64,000 nt of DNA from a virus: IMG/VR virus record IMGVR_UViG_3300024346_000007; one strand, given 5' to 3'. The stretch's first letter is position 1, and the number at the start of each line of letters is the position of its first letter. Below, in pieces: positions 1-9,244 of the stretch. The notes beneath the pieces were generated by a model. It saw only the letters and a program-made list of their open reading frames with translations. It ran no database searches and was not told the origin of the DNA. The translations under genes were made by a program, and so were the position numbers.

Positions 1-50
1 TGGTTCCAAAAAAATCAATCTCTTCATAAAAAGTACTTCAAAAAACAAAT

Positions 51-1343
51 ATGAAACATTTACTAATTGAGAACAAAGGTGAATTAGATATTTCATCTCT
101 CGTATTGCTAGGGGCCTCTACTAAAAGAAATGACTCCGATAAGATTGGATTCTTCGGATCAGGTAACAAGTATGCAATAGCTACTTTGATTCGTCACGCA
201 ATTAAGTTCTATATCTTCTCAGGTGATAAGAAGATAGAGATTGCTACTGAAGATGTTAACTTCAGGGATATGACATTCAAAAGGATTCATATAGACGGTC
301 AGCCTACTTCCCTCACTACAGACATGGGTCCGTTATGGGAGCCATGGATGGCTATAAGAGAGTGGGTGTCCAACAGTATAGATGAGGGAGCCTATAATGT
401 AATCACAGATACTGATAGTGTTTCAGGTCGTGAGGGTTACACAAGGTTCTATGTAGAACACGACCCATCTATAAAAGAGATGTTAGATAATTGGAATAGC
501 TACTTTACTTTTGATAGAGAAGATAGTATCACCACTGCTGCAGATGGTAAGATATTCTCTCAGATAGATGAGAACAATGCTCTTGTATTATATCGTAAAG
601 GTATAAGAGTGTTCTTTGATAAAGGTGTAACATCACTGTATCAATATGATCTTAGCACATATGAGATCAATGAGAGTAGATTGATAGATAGTATTCATAG
701 TGCCGAGTATAAAACTGTGAGGTATCTCTCTAATATGAATAATGTATCAGTGGCTAGAAAGATACTTAAAGATGCTTGGATAAATAATCATTGGGAAGCT
801 AGACTGCCTTGGAGATATGGAGCTTCAATGCTAGGTGCTGCATGGAGAGAGGCTATTGACAACCATGCTATCATTGTAGATAATGTATCAGGATACTTTG
901 TAGACATTCAACAGAGTAGACCTTGCTACATTGTATCAATAGAGATGGCACAGCAGATCAAGAGATCCTTCTCAGATATTAAGATATATGGTATGGATGA
1001 CTCTGGTGATACAGTTGGGTTCAAGAAGGTAGAGACTACTGCTAAGCAAGACTTCTTATTAAAAGATTGTATTAAGTTCTGTGATGATACTCAATACAAT
1101 ATTGAATACCCTATAGAGATAGTAGAGTTTGAAGAGATGGCTACGCTTGGCAGAGCCTTTCAAGGTAAGATACTCCTAGCTAGTAGACTGTTTGAAGAAG
1201 GTAGGAAGGAGATAGTCAGGACATTGATAGAAGAGAATGAACATCTTAAGACAGGGTACAAAGATTGTACAAGAGCATTTCAAAACCATCTGTTCAATCT
1301 ATTCCTTACAGAAAAGGAAGAGAGGTTCGGATATTTTCTATAA
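51..1343 (+). CDS. GHKL (HATPase_c-like) ATPase with C-terminal zincin-like helix
   Basis: N-terminal LGASTK..IGFFGSGNKYA Bergerat-fold G-box, REWVSNSIDE motif; C-terminal TLIEENEH. Confidence 0.65.
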   Translation: MKHLLIENKGELDISSLVLLGASTKRNDSDKIGFFGSGNKYAIATLIRHAIKFYIFSGDKKIEIATEDVNFRDMTFKRIHIDGQPTSLTTDMGPLWEPWMAIREWVSNSIDEGAYNVITDTDSVSGREGYTRFYVEHDPSIKEMLDNWNSYFTFDREDSITTAADGKIFSQIDENNALVLYRKGIRVFFDKGVTSLYQYDLSTYEINESRLIDSIHSAEYKTVRYLSNMNNVSVARKILKDAWINNHWEARLPWRYGASMLGAAWREAIDNHAIIVDNVSGYFVDIQQSRPCYIVSIEMAQQIKRSFSDIKIYGMDDSGDTVGFKKVETTAKQDFLLKDCIKFCDDTQYNIEYPIEIVEFEEMATLGRAFQGKILLASRLFEEGRKEIVRTLIEENEHLKTGYKDCTRAFQNHLFNLFLTEKEERFGYFL

Positions 1344-1361
1344 CAAATAAAATAAAAAGTT

Positions 1362-1592
1362 ATGTTAAAGTTAACAAACATTGAAGAGTACGCTGTAACA
1401 ACTTACTACTCTTGTACAGTAGAAGATTCTAATGGTAAGGAGTTTGAATTTACTATGAAAGAAATAGATAACCACGACATTCGTTCATCTACCCACGAAA
1501 TAATATGGCTTGATGAAAAACCGGAAGGAGAGATTGATGATGACTTCTTAGTAGACTTGTGTTATAAAGTAATGCATGACGATAACAATTAA
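1362..1592 (+). CDS. hypothetical acidic protein
   Basis: ORF in + strand operon, A-rich leader AAAAGTTATG. Confidence 0.6.
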   Translation: MLKLTNIEEYAVTTYYSCTVEDSNGKEFEFTMKEIDNHDIRSSTHEIIWLDEKPEGEIDDDFLVDLCYKVMHDDNN

Positions 1593-1786
1593 AAACAAAT
1601 CACATGAAAGTATCAACATGCTGCGGTGCTGAAGCTACCGATCCAGTAATGCTAGACTACGGTATATGTCCTGACTGCAAAGAACATTGCGAGTTTGAAG
1701 ACTATGATTCTGATGATGATCAGATCTACAATAACTTCAATCACGAAGGCGGCATTAAATTTACAAACAATTAAAAACAAATCACA
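1584..1786 (+). repeat. 21-nt direct repeat AACAATTAAAAACAAATCACA (1584-1604, 1766-1786)
   Basis: Exact duplicate flanking the Zn-finger gene. Confidence 0.85.
1604..1774 (+). CDS. small Zn-finger protein (56 aa, missed by ORF track)
   Basis: Manual translation MKVSTCCGAEATDPVMLDYGICPDCKEHCEFEDY...; CC-x14-CxxCxxHC. Confidence 0.75.
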   Translation: MKVSTCCGAEATDPVMLDYGICPDCKEHCEFEDYDSDDDQIYNNFNHEGGIKFTNN

Positions 1787-2200
1787 ATGGGTACACCACT
1801 GTTACACGCTAAGTCTACAGTAAGAAAGTATGGCGGAGAGATTACTGATTACATTGCCATTCACCGATGGTTCGATTCAACCAAAGGTAACATGCCTATG
1901 TTCAAGCATAGGGCTATCTTGCACAACTCTTTCGGGATGCTCTTAGCTGAGCAGGTCTTCGGTGACTATGTTACTAACTCAGAAGGTAAGATGGTTGAGG
2001 TAAGACAGATTGCCTATGATCATATCTATGAGGACTGTGGCTTCTTACCTACCGTAGAAGACTGGCTGAAACATATTCAAGTCCAACCTTGGATGATGAA
2101 GGCAGATGAATCTAGGAAGGTAAGAAAGGAAATAGATTTAGAAGAACTAAAACAAAAAGAAAATGAAGGACAAACAATTAGATCTGCGACAGTGGCTTGA
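1787..2200 (+). CDS. DUF6915-family protein
   Basis: HAKSTVRKYGG..DY..IHRWFD.TK..HRAILHNSFG..EQVFG..H..EDCG signature. Confidence 0.7.
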   Translation: MGTPLLHAKSTVRKYGGEITDYIAIHRWFDSTKGNMPMFKHRAILHNSFGMLLAEQVFGDYVTNSEGKMVEVRQIAYDHIYEDCGFLPTVEDWLKHIQVQPWMMKADESRKVRKEIDLEELKQKENEGQTIRSATVA

Positions 2201-2843
2201 TGCCTTAGCGACTGAGGGTAAGGAGATTAAAGTTACTTGGGAAGGGGGCAATGATTCAGGAGGCTATAATCTATTTGTAGATAGTGAACAGGTTAACTAT
2301 GGAGATGCATTCTTTGATGAGGTCATAGATTTCGTATCTGATACTATAGACTATGGGTCTTGGGCTGGTGATTACTTTGCTGATGGGGCTGTGTATTATA
2401 ATAAAGATGAAGGGTCTTTCATTGGAGAAGGTAAAGATACGACATCTGATGGAGGTTGTTTGGAAGGCATATCTATTGAGATTAGAGTTCCTAAATATTT
2501 AAACTTCGACAGTATTGAAATACATACTGAAGGTACACATTGTTGGGATGAGCTAGATGCCAGCTTCAGATTTGAGATAGCCAATGGACCAGTATTTAAA
2601 GAGCATTCTGAGATTGAGAAGTCTATGGAATCTTACATACTGGAATCAATAATCCATACTTTAGAAACAGATGATGCCTGCAAAGATGAAGAGATAGGAT
2701 GGGTGTACAATGACTGGTCTATACCTAGAGAAAAGTTTGAAGAAGTGGGAGATAGTCTGGTGTTTATTATTGATAGCCTAGATTTTACCTACAACAATAC
2801 AGTCCATCAATCCTATCACATAACAATAAACGAAGAACAATGA
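2163..2843 (+). CDS. DUF6878-like acidic protein (paralog 1)
   Basis: IKVTWEGGNDSG motif; paralogous to next ORF. Confidence 0.6.
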   Translation: MKDKQLDLRQWLDALATEGKEIKVTWEGGNDSGGYNLFVDSEQVNYGDAFFDEVIDFVSDTIDYGSWAGDYFADGAVYYNKDEGSFIGEGKDTTSDGGCLEGISIEIRVPKYLNFDSIEIHTEGTHCWDELDASFRFEIANGPVFKEHSEIEKSMESYILESIIHTLETDDACKDEEIGWVYNDWSIPREKFEEVGDSLVFIIDSLDFTYNNTVHQSYHITINEEQ

Positions 2844-3505
2844 ACAACAAACAAAAAGCAAAAGAGTATGTAGCTAAGTTAGTATCTGAGGGTGCTAAAG
2901 AAATCAAGGTCACATGGGAAGGAGGTAATGATGAGGGATCTTATTATCTATACGTAGATGGTAAAGATACTGATATAGACTGGAATAAGAAAGATGGTGC
3001 CTATGATCTTATTGACTTCATAGGAGACGAGATAGGATATGGATCGTTTGCAGGAGAATTCAGCACTAACGGTGAGGTTGTATATGATGTAGAGGAAGGT
3101 GCGTTTTTAGGTGATGACAGCTATGAAGAGCAGCAAGAATTCACTTACAAGTTTAGAAAACCTTTAGTACTTACTGTACCTAAGGATCTATGGTTTGATA
3201 CCGTAGAGGTAGATATGTCAGGGTATGATGATGACATTGATGTATCAGTAAGACTGTCTGTAACAAACGGTCCTGTTGTACAAGAACATATAGACTTTGA
3301 AAGCGACTCTGTTACAGCGTTAAATGTAATTGCTAATCAGTTGTTCGATGATGTAGATGAGGTTAGGGACCTATGGTTTAGTGGAGCTCCTGTCAGAAGA
3401 GAGGACCTAAGTGTTGATGAGAAAGGCAATCCATATTATACACTAACAGAGCTTATGTACAGCAAGTATGTAGGAGAAGATAAAGAAATAAGAATTCAAT
3501 TATAA
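2840..3505 (+). CDS. DUF6878-like acidic protein (paralog 2)
   Basis: IKVTWEGGNDEG, YGSFAG, NGPV motifs shared with 2163..2843. Confidence 0.6.
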   Translation: MNNKQKAKEYVAKLVSEGAKEIKVTWEGGNDEGSYYLYVDGKDTDIDWNKKDGAYDLIDFIGDEIGYGSFAGEFSTNGEVVYDVEEGAFLGDDSYEEQQEFTYKFRKPLVLTVPKDLWFDTVEVDMSGYDDDIDVSVRLSVTNGPVVQEHIDFESDSVTALNVIANQLFDDVDEVRDLWFSGAPVRREDLSVDEKGNPYYTLTELMYSKYVGEDKEIRIQL

Positions 3506-3523
3506 ACCACAAAACAAAAGCAA

Positions 3524-4270
3524 ATGAAACAGTTCGATTTCAAGACAGCAAGTTATACCGTATCAGGTATGCCTAACATGACGCTAGATCACGCCATGCG
3601 TCTATGGAAAACAAAGTTCCCATCCTATGAACACTTTCGTAGGGCAGTCATCAAGTCAGAAGCATTGAAAGACTTCGGTGAGTTCATGCAAGAGATGTGG
3701 GATGAGATTACTCAGATCACCACAAAGGAAGCATTCGAACAGAAGAACGCAGAGATGCGCAGATTGTACTTCGATTGTATCGGAGTCATCGAGTTGTTCA
3801 AGGCTGCTAATCCAAAGCTACTTGACAAGCAAGTGATCAAGAAGAAGAGGACTAGATGGGATGAGAAGAACGATCCATATGAGTATGAGTTCGAAGACTT
3901 GTATGAGTTGTATTCTATTGATCCCAATGAGTTGTACAAAGACACTGATGATCAGAACGTATCTAGGTGGAGGGCTCGGACTAATTACATTGCAGTAAGA
4001 TGTTGGTGTACATCTACTCAGCGTGAGTACTGGATCTATGTACCTGAAGAGCAGGCTTTGAAAGAAGGGTTCAGAACTTGGGATGATAACAAAGAGTATG
4101 ATGCTGTCAAAGGTATAGCTTGGACTATCCGGATTGACATAAAGAATCCAGAGAAGATCTATCGCCAGGGTGATATCATCATTGCTAAGGAGGGGCCTAA
4201 CTCTACTAAGACTACTCCGTATCATCTAAGTAAAGAACAGTATCTATCTCTTATGTATTCTGAAACCTAG
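3524..4270 (+). CDS. DUF6745-like protein
   Basis: NAEMRR..IG, VRCWCTST.REYWIYVP, A..IAWT, RQGD motifs. Confidence 0.65.
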   Translation: MKQFDFKTASYTVSGMPNMTLDHAMRLWKTKFPSYEHFRRAVIKSEALKDFGEFMQEMWDEITQITTKEAFEQKNAEMRRLYFDCIGVIELFKAANPKLLDKQVIKKKRTRWDEKNDPYEYEFEDLYELYSIDPNELYKDTDDQNVSRWRARTNYIAVRCWCTSTQREYWIYVPEEQALKEGFRTWDDNKEYDAVKGIAWTIRIDIKNPEKIYRQGDIIIAKEGPNSTKTTPYHLSKEQYLSLMYSET

Positions 4271-4274
4271 TAAC

Positions 4275-4724
4275 ATGGCAAGAAGAAAAGAGCCTCAGTA
4301 TTTCTACGCTGTACTTGAGACTCCTTATCTATCTAAGGAGGACTTATGGGATTACAGACCTAAGAAGGTAGTGATAGTTCTAAGCGACTATGATGTAGCT
4401 CAAATCGAAAAGTATATAGAATTTACAACCACTAAAGATAACAATAGGGAAAACAGAAACTCAGAGGGAATTGGTATATCTGTAAAGTATCCTGTAGAAG
4501 CGGAGCTTATTATCTATATAGATCCAGACAATTCTATGTTTGATGAGAATTGTGCATTCGATCCTTCCGCAGGAGGTATTCATATATGCGGTGACTATAT
4601 GTATTATAAGATGGCAGACTACAATGATAACTGGGATATGGCTGAGGCTGAGTTTGAGTTATCATATTTGAAACCCATGAAAGAGTGGTGCTTAGATGTA
4701 GAATTAAATAATTTAGAAAATTAG
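4275..4724 (+). CDS. hypothetical protein
   Basis: 149-aa ORF in operon. Confidence 0.6.
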   Translation: MARRKEPQYFYAVLETPYLSKEDLWDYRPKKVVIVLSDYDVAQIEKYIEFTTTKDNNRENRNSEGIGISVKYPVEAELIIYIDPDNSMFDENCAFDPSAGGIHICGDYMYYKMADYNDNWDMAEAEFELSYLKPMKEWCLDVELNNLEN

Positions 4725-4735
4725 AATTTATTTAT

Positions 4736-4743
4736 TAACTTTG
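4736..4743 (+). promoter_or_regulatory. Bacteroidota sigma70 -7 element TAACTTTG
   Basis: Matches TAnnTTTG, intergenic, about 25 nt upstream of ATG 4769. Confidence 0.6.
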
Positions 4744-4768
4744 TTTTTAACAATCAAAACCCAATAAA

Positions 4769-5062
4769 ATGGCAAAGAAGAATGCAAGTAAGAAGACAGC
4801 TAAGACAGCAAAACGTTTGTGCCTCGGTGAAGGTGAACACGTTTCAGCAGTGACAGGACAGATGATCAAGCACATCCTTGACTCAAAGAAAGAGATCGAG
4901 TATGAAGCAACAGCAGACAGTATCACCTTCATGTTAAACGAGATGGGTGTTCTCACTCACGACGAACATGATAGAATGGTGTTTGAAAAAGGAACCTACC
5001 ACTCTTACAACCAGGTAGAGTTTAATCCTTTGGACCAAACTATCTCAAGAGTGTTTGATTAG
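4769..5062 (+). CDS. His-rich beta protein, typical neighbour of DUF6745 genes
   Basis: LGEGE..H, LTHDEH...GTY...QVEFNP...RVFD pattern. Confidence 0.6.
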   Translation: MAKKNASKKTAKTAKRLCLGEGEHVSAVTGQMIKHILDSKKEIEYEATADSITFMLNEMGVLTHDEHDRMVFEKGTYHSYNQVEFNPLDQTISRVFD

Positions 5063-5083
5063 TTTAGTTGGTTGGTTGTTTGT

Positions 5084-5115
5084 AAGGGGGCAGGAGAAAT
5101 CTTGTCCCCTTTTTT
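5084..5115 (+). terminator. Rho-independent terminator
   Basis: AGGGGGCAGGA-GAAA-TCTTGTCCCCT + T-run. Confidence 0.8.
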
Positions 5116-5136
5116 ATTACATTTAAAACATTAGTT

Positions 5137-5733
5137 ATGGAAGCCATAGAAACAAAACGTATAGGAAAATACGAGATAGAAATTATCCCAGACAGTAATC
5201 CAGAATCTCCAAGGGAATGGGACAACCTAGGTACAATGGTTTGTCAGCACCGTAGGTATAACCTAGGAGATAAGCATGACTACGATCTCAATGATTGTAA
5301 CAGTTGGTTAGATGTACAGAAAGAATTAGGATACCCTCCAATCATACTCAATCTATATCTGTATGACCATAGCGGTATTACAATGAGCTGCAAACCTTTT
5401 GGTGACAAGTGGGATAGCGGACAAGTAGGATTCATCTTTGCTACTAATGAGACTTTAGTTAAAGAGTATGGTAGAGTAGATGAGGAGGTCATTAATAAAG
5501 CACAGTCAGTATTAGAAGGAGAGGTTAAAACCTACGATCAATATCTTACAGGAGATGTATACGGATACAAGATATATGAACTATCTACTTGTGATCATGG
5601 TCATGAACATATGGAAGAAGTAGATTCTTGCTGGGGATATTATGGGGAGGATAGTTGTATGGAAGAGGCAGAGTCTATTGTTAATTCACTAATAAAACAC
5701 GATCAAGATGTTGAACAAACTCGTTATCCCTGA
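5137..5733 (+). CDS. conserved phage/MGE hypothetical protein
   Basis: PREWDNLG, LYLYDHSG, WDSGQVG, GDVYG, DSCWGYYG motifs. Confidence 0.7.
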   Translation: MEAIETKRIGKYEIEIIPDSNPESPREWDNLGTMVCQHRRYNLGDKHDYDLNDCNSWLDVQKELGYPPIILNLYLYDHSGITMSCKPFGDKWDSGQVGFIFATNETLVKEYGRVDEEVINKAQSVLEGEVKTYDQYLTGDVYGYKIYELSTCDHGHEHMEEVDSCWGYYGEDSCMEEAESIVNSLIKHDQDVEQTRYP

Positions 5734-5974
5734 CATTGAATTTGATTTTATATATGAGAAGGACTACTACAAGGCTAGGAGTTCTGGGTATATAGATGAT
5801 TATAAAATGGCCAGGGTCCTCCGTAAATATTCTGATGGGTCTTCTATAGATTACCCTTGTCATAATAAGGAAGAGTTCTTAAGTGAAATAATGAAGCATC
5901 ACATATCAGAAGACTTAGTATCTTTTGAAGCCTATCAATCAGTACACTCATACGACATTAATGATTACGATTAA
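5708..5974 (+). CDS. hypothetical protein
   Basis: Overlapping operon ORF. Confidence 0.55.
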   Translation: MLNKLVIPDIEFDFIYEKDYYKARSSGYIDDYKMARVLRKYSDGSSIDYPCHNKEEFLSEIMKHHISEDLVSFEAYQSVHSYDINDYD

Positions 5975-5986
5975 AACCAAACAGTT

Positions 5987-6178
5987 ATGCAACACCAAGT
6001 TCCATGTAGAGGTTGTGAGACAACCAAGGAAGAAGCGTATGTAGAATTAAGACAAGATGCATACGGGTACTCAACAGGATATTACTGCGATGATTGTTAT
6101 GACAATAACTATCCTTATAGAAAGGATAGGTACTATGACGAGTCATACGCAGGAGAACGTTTAGAAGATGATTATTAA
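5987..6178 (+). CDS. small Zn-binding protein
   Basis: CRGC...CDDC. Confidence 0.65.
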   Translation: MQHQVPCRGCETTKEEAYVELRQDAYGYSTGYYCDDCYDNNYPYRKDRYYDESYAGERLEDDY

Positions 6179-6198
6179 TATACAAAAAACAAACAGTT

Positions 6199-6597
6199 AT
6201 GGAAATCAAATTAACCCCACAAGAATCAGAAGAGTATTTTTACAATGCACTATGTAATGGATTAGGCTATGTAACCTCAGGGTATGGACTAAGTCTGGAC
6301 TTCTCAGACGATGACTACGGTGAGGCTAAGACAAAGTTATCTAAGGAATCCCCAGGTAAGTTCCTAGCATTTGAAGATGTCCTAATGGAAATGCTAAGGA
6401 TGGGTAAGACCTTGACCTTATTAGATGATGAAGGAGAAGGAGATAACGATGCTACAATTAGTCTCAAAGAAGTTCATGAGAGATTATCTAATGCTCCCAG
6501 CAGACATATTATAGATATGATGAATGAGAATGATGATGCAGAAACAGCAGACGTATTCATTCAGCAAGTATTTTTTAATGAAATAATATTCGGATAA
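6199..6597 (+). CDS. conserved acidic phage protein
   Basis: C-terminal DDAETADVFIQQVFFNEIIFG motif. Confidence 0.6.
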   Translation: MEIKLTPQESEEYFYNALCNGLGYVTSGYGLSLDFSDDDYGEAKTKLSKESPGKFLAFEDVLMEMLRMGKTLTLLDDEGEGDNDATISLKEVHERLSNAPSRHIIDMMNENDDAETADVFIQQVFFNEIIFG

Positions 6598-6598
6598 T

Positions 6599-6802
6599 AT
6601 GACAAAGCTATCAGGTGTTGACCATCTCAATGACTATGATTTATTAAACTGGATATTAGAACAAGAGGCTCCTTGGAGAGAAGAGTTGAACAAGCTATCG
6701 AATGCAGCATCTCTTCAAGAGTTAGTAGATTTTGTAAGAAAAAATTATCAAACAATAAAACAACTAGGAAATGAAAAAGAAAGAACTCGTAGAAAAGCTT
6801 AA
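6599..6802 (+). CDS. hypothetical protein
   Basis: ORF coupled to neighbours. Confidence 0.5.
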   Translation: MTKLSGVDHLNDYDLLNWILEQEAPWREELNKLSNAASLQELVDFVRKNYQTIKQLGNEKERTRRKA

Positions 6803-7127
6803 AGCAGCAGGAACAGTATCATCAAATGTCTTTATCCCTGTATCAGATGTAATCAAGATGGTTGAAGATCTTGAGACAGAATCATCTGAACTAAGTGCAG
6901 ATGTCATAAGTTATATTGCACGAGAGATAGTAAAAGAACTTGATCGCAATGGGAGAGATGTCATTAGTGACTTTGAAATAGATACAGATGTTAGTGGAAA
7001 TACTGTAGAAATTTCTATATCAGATGTGTCTTTTGATAGCTATGAAATAGAATCTATAGTTGATAATGCTTTTGAAAAATTCACAGCAAATAAAGAAGAG
7101 TTTAACCAAGACGAAAACAATCAATAA
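6771..7127 (+). CDS. acidic hypothetical protein
   Basis: ORF in operon. Confidence 0.6.
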   Translation: MKKKELVEKLKAAGTVSSNVFIPVSDVIKMVEDLETESSELSADVISYIAREIVKELDRNGRDVISDFEIDTDVSGNTVEISISDVSFDSYEIESIVDNAFEKFTANKEEFNQDENNQ

Positions 7128-7129
7128 CT

Positions 7130-7678
7130 ATGGGACAATACTATAAAGCAGTATCTTTAGATACTAAACAATTCGTACCGCCATTTGGTGCAAAGTTAAT
7201 GGAACACTCTTGGGTAGGTAATTCCTACATGGTACACGTACAGCAGTTACTAGCTCCCGGTAATCCATGGCACAAGACTAAGATAGTATGGACAGGAGAT
7301 TACTCAGACAAGGAGTTGTTCACAGAAGATCCTGAACGTAACCTATATGATCTGGCTGCAGATGAGTTCACAGACCTTTCAAACACTCCTGTCATAGACG
7401 GACCTCAGACTAAGTACATTGTAAATCATTCTAAGAATGTGTACATAGACTTATCTGAAGTCCCAGGTGTTACGGTTTTACACAATGATGAAGAGGAGTC
7501 TGGGTGGAAGATACATCCATTATCTATTCTGACATCCTCAGGCAATGGTAGAGGTGGTGGAGATTATAGAGATGATGATGATACTAATGTAGGTTCTTGG
7601 GCTGGTGATGTTATCTCCTCTGAGTATGATGAGCCTACTGGTATGGATAAGTTCACAGCATTTTTTACGGAAGATTAA
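7130..7678 (+). CDS. conserved phage hypothetical protein
   Basis: MGQYY, KLMEHSW, WTGDY, HPL..LT..GNGRGGGD, VGSWAGD motifs. Confidence 0.7.
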   Translation: MGQYYKAVSLDTKQFVPPFGAKLMEHSWVGNSYMVHVQQLLAPGNPWHKTKIVWTGDYSDKELFTEDPERNLYDLAADEFTDLSNTPVIDGPQTKYIVNHSKNVYIDLSEVPGVTVLHNDEEESGWKIHPLSILTSSGNGRGGGDYRDDDDTNVGSWAGDVISSEYDEPTGMDKFTAFFTED

Positions 7679-7688
7679 AACAAACAAC

Positions 7689-7988
7689 ATGAAGCAAGAA
7701 CTTTTAGATCAGATCAAAGTAATTATCGCAGAAGAGTTTGGAGTGCTCCCAGAAATGCTTATAGGAAGTAGACAGTCAGACTATGTATCCACAGCTAGAC
7801 ATGTGCTTAGCATGACGTTATACAACCTTGGGCTATCTACTGTAGCTGTTGGTTCTATAATAGGTAAGGACCACTCTACGGTTATACACTCAAAGAAAGT
7901 TTATTATAATCTATGTAGAACAGATGAGTATTATAAACTTAAAGCAGAGGAAGTAGAGAGGAAAGTTAATGTCTTAATTTTTGGATAA
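7689..7988 (+). CDS. DnaA C-terminal (domain IV)-like HTH protein 1 (start revised to MKQELL)
   Basis: I..EF...L.GSR....ARH......L.L....G..IGKDHSTVIHS; leader AAACAAACAAC before ATG 7689. Confidence 0.8.
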   Translation: MKQELLDQIKVIIAEEFGVLPEMLIGSRQSDYVSTARHVLSMTLYNLGLSTVAVGSIIGKDHSTVIHSKKVYYNLCRTDEYYKLKAEEVERKVNVLIFG

Positions 7989-8006
7989 CAATACAAATAA
8001 TATAAA

Positions 8007-8342
8007 ATGATACAGGTTGGAGTAGTATTAAAAGTTATAGACTTAGTAGCTGGAGCATTCGAAGTATCTGCAGATGCCATACTATCCTCTTCAAGAAAGT
8101 TAGGAGTAGTTAAAGCAAGGCATACGGTATATAAAATACTTCACGTACTTGGGAACAAGAAGGTTCACATTGCAAAGAGTTTGGATAGAAACCATACTAC
8201 AGTTGCACATGGTTTAGTAGAGTTTGACAACTTATATAACTTAGATGATGACTTTAGATCTAAAGCAGATCTGGCAATGAAACAATTAATAAAAACCAAA
8301 TATGAAGAAGACACAGACACTACTGAAGTTCGGAAAGGGTAA
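8007..8342 (+). CDS. DnaA C-terminal (domain IV)-like HTH protein 2
   Basis: ILSSSRK..VVKARH...IAKSLDRNHTTVAHG. Confidence 0.8.
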   Translation: MIQVGVVLKVIDLVAGAFEVSADAILSSSRKLGVVKARHTVYKILHVLGNKKVHIAKSLDRNHTTVAHGLVEFDNLYNLDDDFRSKADLAMKQLIKTKYEEDTDTTEVRKG

Positions 8343-9021
8343 CGCTAAATTATCCAAGGACATCTACACCTTCTCTCTGCCGGCAGGACACAGCTGTCCA
8401 TTTGCTTTTGAATGTAAGGCTTCCGCCGATCGATCAACAGGAAAGATCAAGGACGGTAAAGACCAAGTATTCAGATGCTTTGCCGCCTCTCAAGAAGCAT
8501 TGTATACTAACACTAGAACTGCTAGGTGGCACAACTATGACCTACTTAAGAGTCTTAAGACAGTTAACAAGATGACTGATCTTATTGTAGAGAGCTTGCC
8601 TCCTAAGGCTAACACAGTTAGGGTACACGTATCAGGGGACTTCTTCTCACAGATTTACTTTGATGCTTGGATGGCTGTGGCTAGATTATTTACTACTAAG
8701 AAGTTCTATGCCTACACCAAGAGTATCCCATACTGGTTAGAACGGAGGGATAACATACCTAAGAACTTTAACCTTACAAGTTCTAAGGGAGGCAGATCAG
8801 ATGTACTGATCGATCTTAACAAGCTTAAGTATGCTGAGGTAGTGTTCACTGAGGAGCAGGCTAAGGAGCTTAAGCTGGAGTTGGATCATGATGACAGCCA
8901 TGCATACGATGGGAAGAAAAGCTTTGGTCTACTGATCCACGGCTCCCAGAAGAAAGGGTCGGAAGCATCCGTAGCTCTAGGCAATCTAAGAAAGAAAGGT
9001 ATCAAAGGTTATTCAAAATAA
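8302..9021 (+). CDS. gp88-like (radical-SAM-related) protein
   Basis: GNAKL..FSLPAGHSCP..C..CFA, RVHVSGDF, YAYTK. Confidence 0.7.
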   Translation: MKKTQTLLKFGKGNAKLSKDIYTFSLPAGHSCPFAFECKASADRSTGKIKDGKDQVFRCFAASQEALYTNTRTARWHNYDLLKSLKTVNKMTDLIVESLPPKANTVRVHVSGDFFSQIYFDAWMAVARLFTTKKFYAYTKSIPYWLERRDNIPKNFNLTSSKGGRSDVLIDLNKLKYAEVVFTEEQAKELKLELDHDDSHAYDGKKSFGLLIHGSQKKGSEASVALGNLRKKGIKGYSK

Positions 9022-9032
9022 AAACAAACATC

Positions 9033-9242
9033 ATGAAAGTATCAGAACTAAAAGAAGGTTACCACATGTTTGGTAACAAAGGTAACGTATGGAACAACAC
9101 AGCACACATTGCTAAGTCCGGATTCTACAGTAGTACACTATGTGAAACTCCTATGCTAAGTACTAACTGGGCTAGGATAGAAGAAGTACAAGAGATAGGA
9201 TGTCCAGATTGTTTAAAGATTTATAATGAAGAAAACAAATAA
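9033..9242 (+). CDS. small Zn-binding protein
   Basis: H...LC...CPDC. Confidence 0.6.
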   Translation: MKVSELKEGYHMFGNKGNVWNNTAHIAKSGFYSSTLCETPMLSTNWARIEEVQEIGCPDCLKIYNEENK

Positions 9243-9244
9243 CT

